From Ruminococcus sp. (lineage in GTDB: Bacteria; Bacillota; Clostridia; Oscillospirales; Acutalibacteraceae): a DNA stretch of 64,000 nt. Below, piece by piece: positions 19,210-27,566 of this stretch. The stretch covers positions 6,926 through 70,925 of the forward strand of contig DPHV01000022.1 in the NCBI GenBank assembly GCA_003521625.1. Direction: 5' to 3'. Positions within the stretch are counted from its first letter, which is position 1. Every line of letters begins with the position of its first letter. Under the pieces are notes generated by a model. It saw nothing but the letters and a program-made list of their open reading frames with translations. It ran no database searches and was not told where the DNA came from. Position numbers and translations under genes: made by a program.

Positions 19210-20966
19210 ACTCAAACAAGCTTGCAAAATACGTTGCAAGGGCGCAGAAGGGCGACAGAAAGGCGATGGAGCGCATTGTTGACGAAACGAGCGGATATGT
19301 CTACTATTACTGCCTTACGCTCTTGTGCAGCGAGGACGAGGCAAACGATGCAGTGCAGGAAATTTACCTTACCTTGCTTAAAAAGCTCGGCACGCTCGAA
19401 AATCCGAAAGCCTTTCTCGGCTGGCTCAAAGCGTTAACGTCAAATCATTGTAAAAACAGGCTTGCAAGAAATAAAAATTATCCGAGCCTTGATGATGAGG
19501 TGCTTTTTGAAAATACCGAAGAAACGGACGTTCAGCTTGTTCCGCAAAAGCAGATTGAGGCTCAGGAGCTGAGAAATGCCGTAGTTACTGCGGTAAAAAA
19601 TATCCCTGTTTTTCAGCGTGAGTGCGTGATGATGTACTACTACAACGAAATGAGCGTTTCGCAGATTGCCGAAGTTCTGGAAATTAAAGAGGGTACGGTC
19701 AAAAGCAGGCTGTACAATGCAAGAAAATCAATAAAGTCGGAGCTTGAAAAGCTTGGTTTCAGCGAAAACACGCTCGGCGGATTTTCACCGCTTGCGTTTG
19801 TTGCGTATTCGCTTATGAGCGACAGCAAAAAGTATTATTGCCCGATAAGCTTTTCTGCCTTGTCAAAAAGCGGAGCAGTTGCAGGTGCTGTAAAAGCGGC
19901 GGCAACAACGTCACTCGGAATTAAAGCCGTATCGGGAATTGCGGCGGCAGGCGTGCTCGTTACGGGTGGAATAGTCGTCCATAACGTAAAGCAAAGTGCG
20001 CCGCCTGCACAGGAAATTACCGTCAGTCAGATAAGCGAAAGCACTTCGGAAAATACCACTCAGCCGACAACACAACCGACAAACGAACACAAATGGACGG
20101 CAGAGGAGCTTTACTACGCATACGGCTTTACGGATGAGCAGCGCAGAACGGAGCTTCAATTCAATCCGTCATTACCGCTTAACTCACAGCAAAACAAGGA
20201 CTACGTCTACGACAGAATGAACAACTCAATTGACTACTTCAAAACCTTGCAGGCAACCTACTACCACAGTGACGGAAAGTCAATGTATTATGCTACATAT
20301 TGCACTCAATTGGGCGACAATCGAAAATCTAAAACGATTACATTTAACGGTGACGGAGTGCCCTCATCGTATTATATTTTTGACGGCACGTATTCCGAAA
20401 GCTTCAGCTTTGGAAACGATGCGTCTTTTATGGACAGTGAAAACAAGGGATTCAGTCCTGCTGTTGCGGAGGAAATCAGGGAAAAACGCAGTGAAAAGTA
20501 TGCCGAAGAACTCAACAAGTCAGAAGAAAACAGGCTTATCGGAAAAAGCTACTATTCGCCCGATGACTTTGAGCTTGACGTAAACGCACTTCTTGCGACC
20601 AAGGAACGCTATCATTATTCGGAAGATGTGGGTGACTATATATGGGAATCAAGAGGTTTGTCTTACGAAACGCCGTTTGCGTACGACCATTATTTTCCGC
20701 AGAATTATGCGTTTGATTTTTTGAGGAATTTTGACCGCTGGCAGATTGACAGAATTGATAAGGTTGCAGGACGGGAGTGCTTTGTCCTTTCAGGAAGTGC
20801 CGACGGTGAAAAGGGCTATACCTTCGAAATGTCGGTCGACAAACAAACAGGCTCACTGCTTTCATTCAAAGCCGAGGGCGGCATAAACGTTGAGATTATC
20901 ACAACCGAATTTACAGTTGATGCAGCGCTCGATTTAACAATTTTTGACGATTTGTCAAAGCTGTAA
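19182..20966 (+). CDS. ECF sigma factor fused to TM helix and extracellular domain
   Basis: Region 2 (DAVQEIY...FLGWL), region 4 (SVSQIAEVLEIKEGTVKSRLYNARK), Ala/Gly TM about aa 245-267, Thr/Pro linker, ~290 aa C-terminal domain. Confidence 0.85.
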   Translation: MVRRNENKINSNKLAKYVARAQKGDRKAMERIVDETSGYVYYYCLTLLCSEDEANDAVQEIYLTLLKKLGTLENPKAFLGWLKALTSNHCKNRLARNKNYPSLDDEVLFENTEETDVQLVPQKQIEAQELRNAVVTAVKNIPVFQRECVMMYYYNEMSVSQIAEVLEIKEGTVKSRLYNARKSIKSELEKLGFSENTLGGFSPLAFVAYSLMSDSKKYYCPISFSALSKSGAVAGAVKAAATTSLGIKAVSGIAAAGVLVTGGIVVHNVKQSAPPAQEITVSQISESTSENTTQPTTQPTNEHKWTAEELYYAYGFTDEQRRTELQFNPSLPLNSQQNKDYVYDRMNNSIDYFKTLQATYYHSDGKSMYYATYCTQLGDNRKSKTITFNGDGVPSSYYIFDGTYSESFSFGNDASFMDSENKGFSPAVAEEIREKRSEKYAEELNKSEENRLIGKSYYSPDDFELDVNALLATKERYHYSEDVGDYIWESRGLSYETPFAYDHYFPQNYAFDFLRNFDRWQIDRIDKVAGRECFVLSGSADGEKGYTFEMSVDKQTGSLLSFKAEGGINVEIITTEFTVDAALDLTIFDDLSKL

Positions 20967-20986
20967 AGTCTAAAATAAAAATATAC

Positions 20987-21019
20987 GGCTCCCTTTTTTT
21001 GAGGGGAGCTGTTCTTTTA
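20987..21019 (+). terminator. Terminator hairpin resembling the end of the 153-bp element
   Basis: GGCTCCC-T7-GAGGGGAGCTGT, similar to reverse complement of ACAGCTCCCCTCAAAGGGGAGCC (44898-44920). Confidence 0.55.
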
Positions 21020-21028
21020 TTAAAATCT

Positions 21029-21118
21029 ACAAACAATCTTCCGTATGTTTGTGTATAAGAACAAAATTGTACCATTGAATAAATACATATTGCAATTATA
21101 AAATCATAGTGATATAAT
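21029..21118 (+). promoter_or_regulatory. Upstream motif ACAAA-N15-TTGTGTA-N5-ACAAAA plus sigma-A promoter
   Basis: Motif 21029-21066; TTGCAA-N17-TATAAT at 21090-21118; same motif at 56061-56098. Confidence 0.6.
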
Positions 21119-21175
21119 TAAATTGCAATAAAACATATAATCCAATCTGATTCGTATATAATAAACGGAGGATTT

Positions 21176-21661
21176 ATGGGATTTTTTATTATAATAATAT
21201 TTGGTATTATTATGCTTTTAATAAGCGCAATTATAAAATTTATTTTGAACAGCATTGCAGTTAAAACAGTATCGACTATTTATAAAAAAACAGACGATTC
21301 AATTTTTGACGAAATATTAGAACGTGCATTTTTGTATGTATTTTTGGCTGATTTAATCGGTTATTTTATAGGCACAATTGCGCTGATTACAGCATATATA
21401 ATTAAAAACGGTACAACTTATTTGATTTTGTACTTATTATCGTGGTTCATAGCGATTATAGGAGCACCGTATGATTTGCCGAGCCTTATTATTACAATTT
21501 TCTGCGTTGCAGTTTCAATGGTTCTGACATTCGTTTTTAGTTATTCAAAGGTACTTACCGAAACCGATTTGTCAAAAAAGCAACGGATTTTGTCTGCACT
21601 GATAATTGCGCTAATCACCGCACCATATTATTTTTTATTCTCAATCGGGATTCCGTTGTAA
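21176..21661 (+). CDS. Hypothetical integral membrane protein (AT-rich)
   Basis: GGAGG RBS, about five hydrophobic segments. Confidence 0.75.
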   Translation: MGFFIIIIFGIIMLLISAIIKFILNSIAVKTVSTIYKKTDDSIFDEILERAFLYVFLADLIGYFIGTIALITAYIIKNGTTYLILYLLSWFIAIIGAPYDLPSLIITIFCVAVSMVLTFVFSYSKVLTETDLSKKQRILSALIIALITAPYYFLFSIGIPL

Positions 21662-21774
21662 TGAAAGGAACCTGACCGGGAATAAGGCTTGCCATAATTT
21701 TGAGTGATAATAAAAATCAGTACAATACCGTTGACTAAATGATAAAATTATGGTATTAAAATAGTGGTGATAGT

Positions 21775-21952
21775 ATGGTAAATACAAAACAGCTTTCGAG
21801 CTTTGAAAAAGAAAATATAAACTTAACAGAAGTCAAACTTGATGAGGCAGACAGACTTGCGCAGTTGGAGGATACACGTATTGAACACAAAGAATTGTTC
21901 GACAGAGTAAGGAGAAAGCTTGATGAATAACAAGAAGTATTATATAACATAA
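21775..21952 (+). pseudogene. Probable type II toxin-antitoxin remnant (51 aa antitoxin-like ORF plus 9-codon toxin-like stub)
   Basis: ORF 21775-21930 ending KLDEADRLAQLEDTRIEHKELFDRVRRKLDE; overlapping ATG 21923 with AGGAG RBS gives MNNKKYYIT-stop. Confidence 0.45.
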
Positions 21953-21980
21953 AATCCTCACCTTTTCGGGTGAGGATTTT
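21951..21980. terminator. Bidirectional terminator
   Basis: AAAATCCTCACC...GGTGAGGATTTT between convergent ORFs. Confidence 0.7.
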
Positions 21981-22710
21981 ACACTTTTTTGCGTTTCAGC
22001 GTGCGCAGATATGCTTTTGTATCTTCATTGATTCTTCGGCTTTCAATGCATTTCTGAATCGCCTTGTTAAAGGTTTCGTCGTCGAGCGAGTTGTTGTGCA
22101 GATACTCCATTGTCTTGTCCCTGCACTTTGCAACTGCTGTCGTAACAAGCCACGCTTTGGCCATACTGACGTAGTAGTATGTGCTCTTTACGCTGTCGCA
22201 CCGCTTTAAAACCTCGTCAATGTACTCATTATCAAGGTAGTAGTCGAGCATAACGACAAGCGCAATGCGGATTTTCCAGTCGTCCTTGCTGTCGAGATAT
22301 TTCTGAATGTAGCAGAAAAATTCGCTTTTATATTTTTTGACTTCTTTAAGTCCTGCACAAAAGCAGTCGCAGATTGCCCAGTTGTCAATCTCATCTGCGA
22401 AATTGTCAACCAAAGCGGTGAAATCATCAAAATCTTCTGTCTTTATGAGTCCCGTAACAATTCCCCGAACCATACGTTCCTCGTAAAGCTCCGGCTTTGA
22501 AACGTCTAAAAAGCTCCTTGCGTTGCCCTTTGAAATTTCTCTGCCTATTTCACGCAGACGTGGCATTCTTATTCCGAGAATGTCGCTTTTTTCTGCGTTT
22601 GGAACGAGTGAGGAATGAAAGCTGCGGTACTTTTCGTCAGCCTGCGTTTTTAAAAATCCGACAAATTCAAGATAATCTCCGTCAGTCCATTCGTTAAGTT
22701 TCAAATTCAT
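21979..22710 (-). CDS. DNA alkylation repair protein (AlkD-like)
   Basis: GIRMP, YEE, IDNWAICD, YYVSMAKAW, NKAIQK motifs. Confidence 0.85.
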   Translation of the reverse strand: MNLKLNEWTDGDYLEFVGFLKTQADEKYRSFHSSLVPNAEKSDILGIRMPRLREIGREISKGNARSFLDVSKPELYEERMVRGIVTGLIKTEDFDDFTALVDNFADEIDNWAICDCFCAGLKEVKKYKSEFFCYIQKYLDSKDDWKIRIALVVMLDYYLDNEYIDEVLKRCDSVKSTYYYVSMAKAWLVTTAVAKCRDKTMEYLHNNSLDDETFNKAIQKCIESRRINEDTKAYLRTLKRKKV

Positions 22711-22713
22711 AGA

Positions 22714-23589
22714 TTATTTCCTTTTTCTGTCGTATTCCTCGCAAGGCGTGTTTAAGTCGAGGTACGCAATATCATGGTGCGGAACCTGCTTTTCCTTTGG
22801 CGGAAGCTCCATATAGTTGCCGAAAACCATTGTCAGATACTCGTCATATCCTGACATACACGGCATTTCAAGTCCCTCAAAGGACACATAGTCAACGCCC
22901 TCGTAAATGTGCTTGGGATATTCCTTTTTCATCCAGTACGGCCCTGCGCAAAGCTCGGTGACGCACTTGTTTTCTTCAAGCTTATACTTCGTCATATGCC
23001 TTTCGGCACACCGCCAGATTTTGTTGCGGAGCTTTTTGCCCCTGAAAATTGAGAGCAGAATTTTACTGCCCAGTCCCATAATTCCGCCGTGATTTTCGGG
23101 TACAACCTGCGCCAGAAACAGCGAGTAAATCATCGTCCATATGTACTGCTTTTTGCGTGCAAAACGGCTGTCGGGGCAGACGTCAAGCGGAAAAACGTCG
23201 AGCACCAGACCGTGCGGAATGTCAACCTCTGTCTGATTTGCCTTTACCATTGTGTAGTTCGTGTCGGTAATCGTTATAAAAATATTGCCCGTAAACATTT
23301 CGTCGTCGGTTTTAAGCAGTCGGAATCTGCCGTCGGCTTTCTGCTCTCTCCACAGCTTGTGGAGCTTTTCGTAGTCGGGACGGGGCATAATTACGTCGAT
23401 GTCATCATCCCACGGCACAAAACCGCCGTTACGCAGTGCGCCGATAAGACAGCCCCCGATAAGATAGAAACGGAGGTTGTTTTTGTCGCAGAAATTTTTG
23501 AAATATACGAGCGTGTCGAGCTGTTTAAGCTGTAATTCACGCAAAAGCTGAGGAGTCATTTTCACAAGTTCGGACAATTCTTTCACCAA
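22714..23589 (-). CDS. LicD family phosphotransferase
   Basis: GGCLIGALRNGGFVPWDDDIDVIMPRPDY, LDVFPLD, YLTMVFGNYM. Confidence 0.92.
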   Translation of the reverse strand: MVKELSELVKMTPQLLRELQLKQLDTLVYFKNFCDKNNLRFYLIGGCLIGALRNGGFVPWDDDIDVIMPRPDYEKLHKLWREQKADGRFRLLKTDDEMFTGNIFITITDTNYTMVKANQTEVDIPHGLVLDVFPLDVCPDSRFARKKQYIWTMIYSLFLAQVVPENHGGIMGLGSKILLSIFRGKKLRNKIWRCAERHMTKYKLEENKCVTELCAGPYWMKKEYPKHIYEGVDYVSFEGLEMPCMSGYDEYLTMVFGNYMELPPKEKQVPHHDIAYLDLNTPCEEYDRKRK

Positions 23590-23660
23590 GCCTTTTTAAA
23601 TCTTATGGTTATCTCTTTTAGTAAGCTAAACGATAATTTAGCGGTGTAAAATTAATGATT

Positions 23661-23885
23661 GTAGCGGCGAACTGTGTTCGCCATATTTAATAAATTGCGT
23701 TGCAATTTATTAAACGGGACGTCTGGGAAGCCGTCCCCTACGGAAAGGTTTGTTGTAATCTATAACTACAGTTTAATCGGTAAAGCTTGATTGCCACTTC
23801 GGACACGGCACGCCGTGTCCCTACGACTGTAAAACAAACTTTTCAGCTTAATTAATTCCGAATTACGCATTCCGCATTCCGAATT
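23661..23885. repeat. Composite REP cluster (families D, B, C) plus heptamer array
   Basis: D 23661-23682, AT-rich palindrome 23689-23711, B reverse 23716-23741, C reverse 23801-23824, heptamers 23855-23885. Confidence 0.88.
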
Positions 23886-24951
23886 ATTTCTTAATCGTGT
23901 TCTTCGCAATCTTTCTCTTAACCTTCTCAATGTGTTCCTTAGCGTGGCTGTTTTTGATTTTTTTCTGCCAGAACGGAATCTGAATCAGTCCGACAATCGT
24001 ACCTATTCCGTAGGAAACGTGGAGAATCGGAAAGATAATCGGAAGCAGAGCAAACTGCGGCTGTAGATTTTTCATAGTAAAACAGCCGACTGCGTTTACA
24101 ATGTCGAACATTCCGTAAACAAGCAGAAGTGTGTAAAGCAAAATCGGGAAACCGAGTGCGGCAATAATTGAGCAGAGTATAATCATCATAACAAACGCAA
24201 ACGGCGCAAAGTGGAAGTAGGAAAGACAGCCGGGACATTCCGAAAGCGTAAGTCCAATCCATCTGCCGTTTGAGTATTTCTGCCTTATCATATCCTTAAG
24301 ATTGTTTCGTGAATGCTGATAAGAAATTATGTCGGGGCAACAGCAGAGCTTATAGCCTGCCTTGCGTATTCTGTAGTGAAACTCGTTGTCCTCGGTACGT
24401 CCGAGGTTTTCGTTAAAGCCGCCGACCTTCTGAATAACCTCGCGTCTGTAGGCGGCGTGAAAAAGGCTGTCGAGGTACTCCTTCTGCGTTGCAGGACGTC
24501 TGTAGGATGCAACCGAGCTTCCGAACAGCGAGTCCTCGGCGGCAAGCAGGGTAAGCTTCCACGAGGAAACGTCCGAGGTTATGTTAGGTCTGCCGCCTCC
24601 GACAACGTCCTCGCCCTGACTTAAGTTATACACGTTTCTCGAAACGAAGTTTCTCGGGATTCTTGCGTGAGCGTCTACCCTGATTATTACGTCACCCGTT
24701 GCCGTCATAAGTGCGGCATTCCACGAAAAAGCCTGATTCTTCTTGGCACACTGAACAACAGCCACATTTCTGAAACCGTAGTCGGTATTTTTAAAACGCT
24801 CCATTTTTGCTCCTGTTGCGTCGGTGGACATACTGTCAACGAGGACGATTTCAATCAGCTCGTGGGGATAATCCTGAAGCTGAAAATCCCTTAAAACACC
24901 GTCAATAGCCTCCGATTCGTTGTAGGCTATCATACACAAAGATACTATCAT
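23884..24951 (-). CDS. Glycosyltransferase family 2 with C-terminal TM segments
   Basis: AYNE, VDSMSTD, RVDAH, GGFNENLGRTED. Confidence 0.9.
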   Translation of the reverse strand: MIVSLCMIAYNESEAIDGVLRDFQLQDYPHELIEIVLVDSMSTDATGAKMERFKNTDYGFRNVAVVQCAKKNQAFSWNAALMTATGDVIIRVDAHARIPRNFVSRNVYNLSQGEDVVGGGRPNITSDVSSWKLTLLAAEDSLFGSSVASYRRPATQKEYLDSLFHAAYRREVIQKVGGFNENLGRTEDNEFHYRIRKAGYKLCCCPDIISYQHSRNNLKDMIRQKYSNGRWIGLTLSECPGCLSYFHFAPFAFVMMIILCSIIAALGFPILLYTLLLVYGMFDIVNAVGCFTMKNLQPQFALLPIIFPILHVSYGIGTIVGLIQIPFWQKKIKNSHAKEHIEKVKRKIAKNTIKK

Positions 24952-25739
24952 ATCACACCTCTGTTTCTTTCAAGTGAAAACAGCCACTTTGCCGAAGTTG
25001 TCATAGAAGTCATAAGGTACGGCAGTGTGTAGAATGCAGGAACGACCAGCGCACACGAAAGCACAATCCAGCCGAGAAAGCCGAAAACAAGCTTAACTGT
25101 TTTCGCAAAGTGTCTGAACGAAAATCCGATATAGCCGAACATATATTTTGCCGCAGGCAGGCTGTCGTTGAACGAATAAGCGACAAGCGGATAATGCACA
25201 AAAAGAAGATAAATCACTACTTTTATTATCACCGAAACTATGAAAAATACAATTAATATAAGTGTGTTAAAATCAAAACTGAATCCGCTTTTCAGGCTTG
25301 CGCCTAAAATGTAGCAGGCGTAGCTGTAGGCGTCAAGACCGTATGAAAGCACAGTGAAAATAAACAAAAGCGTTATGTTGATTACCAGAGTTTTAAAGTA
25401 CCTTTTAGCACCTTTGAAAAAGTAGAATAAATCCGAAATTTCGGTGCGGTTGTAAAGCGAAGTGTTGCAGAACATCTTATAAAGTCCGTTCATCAGCGGA
25501 GAAAGCAGAATTGCGACAGTAAGCGCAGTGCATGCCGCAAGTGAAAAAATCAGCTTTTTGCTCTCTTTTATAAGACCTGTGTCCGTATCAATCGCCTTTG
25601 CAAAAAATCCGAAGCCGTATAACAGTGCGTTAATTAATATCATAATCACGCATACAGCGAGCACTGCGGCGATAATGACAGACCAGTTGTTTTTCAGTGA
25701 ATCCTTTGCTTGATTTTTGATAACTCTTTCGGTACTCAT
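24948..25739 (-). CDS. DUF975-like membrane protein
   Basis: IKNQAKDSLKNNW N-terminus, PL..G, PY near the end; start at MSTER after AGGAG. Confidence 0.6.
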   Translation of the reverse strand: MSTERVIKNQAKDSLKNNWSVIIAAVLAVCVIMILINALLYGFGFFAKAIDTDTGLIKESKKLIFSLAACTALTVAILLSPLMNGLYKMFCNTSLYNRTEISDLFYFFKGAKRYFKTLVINITLLFIFTVLSYGLDAYSYACYILGASLKSGFSFDFNTLILIVFFIVSVIIKVVIYLLFVHYPLVAYSFNDSLPAAKYMFGYIGFSFRHFAKTVKLVFGFLGWIVLSCALVVPAFYTLPYLMTSMTTSAKWLFSLERNRGVI

Positions 25740-25756
25740 ATGTTCTCCTTTTAGAT

Positions 25757-25924
25757 AATTCGGAATGCGTAATGCGTAATTCGGAATTATCATAATGCGT
25801 GTTGTTTGGACATTGTTACGTTGATAGCGTTTCCTCTATATCCGTAGGGGACGGCTTCCCAGACGTCCCTGTGCATAAATTGCAATGCAATTTATGCATT
25901 TTGGCGAACGCAGTTCGCCACTAC
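25757..25924. repeat. Heptamer array plus REP heterodimer B-palindrome-D
   Basis: Heptamers 25757-25789; B 25844-25869; palindrome 25872-25898; D reverse 25903-25924. Confidence 0.88.
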
Positions 25925-25935
25925 AATATTAAACA

Positions 25936-27297
25936 CTATAATGAAGTGTACATTCTGTACATTGCTTCAAGGCAAATCTGTGCGTGGGTGAAAAACTTTT
26001 CCTTGTCAACGCTTTCGTCGGCGTTGTGCATATTGACTTCATCATCCTTGAAATTCGGACCGAACGCAACGCCCTTTCCGCTGAGCTTTCTTGCGTATGT
26101 TCCGCCGCCTGTTGTGTAAAGCTCGGGCTTTTCGCCTGTTACGCTTTCGTAGGCTGATGATAAAAGCTTGATAAGTGCTGATTCCTTTTCAACGTAGAGC
26201 GGCTCCTCGTGTCCGAGGACGGTTACTTTCAGGTTGCTGTTTTTGGCAACCTTTTTAAACTGTTTAATAATCTTTTTGCCGCTGACCGTTACGGGATAGC
26301 GTATGTCAAACTGCGCTTTAGCTGTTTCGCCCTCGATGTGGACGGTTGAAAGGTTAGCCGTAAGCGCACCCGAGACCGAGTCGCTCATTTTAAGTCCGAG
26401 CGAACGTCCGTTGGTTTCTTTGTTAATCGCATAGTCGATGAACGAGCAGATTGAGCCGATGTCCTCGGTCTGGTATGCATTTGCAATCAAGTCCACAAGA
26501 GAGGCAGCGGCATTGTAGCCCTTTTCAGGCTCGCAGGCGTGAGCGGCTCTGCCTCGGCTGATAATCATAAGACCGTCAATTGTGTAGTTGAATTCAAAAT
26601 CGCCGTCGCTTGCGTCGGCAAGGCGCATAAGCGTCTGTTCGTCGTAGTTTGACGAGTCGAGCATTGCATAAGCCATATCGGGAACGGCGTTGAGCGCCTT
26701 GCCCGAGTGGAACTGTGTCAGGATTTTTGCGTTGTTGACAATCGTGCTTACCTCTAAATGAAGTATTCCCTTTTCTGCGTAGCAGATACCGTAGTCGCTG
26801 TCGGGAGTGAATGCAAGGTCGGGGTACGGCTGTTTTGCAAAATAGCCGTCCATATCCTCCATTCCCGTTTCCTCCGACGTGCCATAAATTGCACGAATAG
26901 TGTTTCTGCCCTCAACACCGCTTTCCTTGAGCGCACGCAGACAGTAGAGGTTTACAAGAGAGGCTCCCTTGTCGTCGGCAATTCCTCTGCCGTAGAGTCT
27001 GCCGTCCTTGTCGGTGAGCGCATATGGCAGAACGCTCCAGTTGTTGCCGGCAGGCACAACGTCGAGGTGCGAAAGCACTGCGCAGAGCGAGCCGCCGTTA
27101 CCAAGCTCAACGTGAGCACTTTTGTCGGTGACATTTTCGCCTGTAAGACCGAAGTCGTTTGCTCTTTTGAGAATGAACTCAAGCGCCTTGTTGCACTCGT
27201 CGTCTTTTTCGCCGCTTACGGATTCAAAGCCGAGAAGTGTGTTAAGGTCGTTTAAAAGCTCGTCCTTATAATCAAGAATTTTATGTCCGAAATTCAT
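25936..27297 (-). CDS. M20 family dipeptidase (PepV/Sapep-like)
   Basis: SHLDVVPAG, YGRGIADDKG, SEETG, EKG, GGGTYAR, HNADE. Confidence 0.92.
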   Translation of the reverse strand: MNFGHKILDYKDELLNDLNTLLGFESVSGEKDDECNKALEFILKRANDFGLTGENVTDKSAHVELGNGGSLCAVLSHLDVVPAGNNWSVLPYALTDKDGRLYGRGIADDKGASLVNLYCLRALKESGVEGRNTIRAIYGTSEETGMEDMDGYFAKQPYPDLAFTPDSDYGICYAEKGILHLEVSTIVNNAKILTQFHSGKALNAVPDMAYAMLDSSNYDEQTLMRLADASDGDFEFNYTIDGLMIISRGRAAHACEPEKGYNAAASLVDLIANAYQTEDIGSICSFIDYAINKETNGRSLGLKMSDSVSGALTANLSTVHIEGETAKAQFDIRYPVTVSGKKIIKQFKKVAKNSNLKVTVLGHEEPLYVEKESALIKLLSSAYESVTGEKPELYTTGGGTYARKLSGKGVAFGPNFKDDEVNMHNADESVDKEKFFTHAQICLEAMYRMYTSL

Positions 27298-27337
27298 AGT
27301 TTATCCTCCAAATTGATGATGGCTTATTTATGTGAAT

Positions 27338-27502
27338 GGGACGTCTGGGAAGCCGTCCCCTACGGAAAGATTTATTTTCATCTATTACTACGGTTTAATC
27401 GGTTACGATTGATAATCACTGCGGACACGGCACGCCGTGTCCCTACGGTTGAAAACTAAACGTTTCCTGTGTTGCCGTAGGGGACGGGTTCCTACACGTC
27501 CC
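27338..27502. repeat. REP cluster (B reverse, C reverse, B variant)
   Basis: 27338-27363, 27423-27446, 27477-27502. Confidence 0.88.
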
Positions 27503-27566
27503 AAAAAGTCACCAATATATCAATATATAATCCGGGCAACCGTTTTTATCTAAATATCCGATTTTT

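Noticed and set aside
25740..26119. N-terminal extension of the 24948 ORF and the 106 aa plus-strand ORF
   Set aside because: They translate heptamer and REP repeats or the antisense of the dipeptidase; a proper RBS precedes ATG 25739
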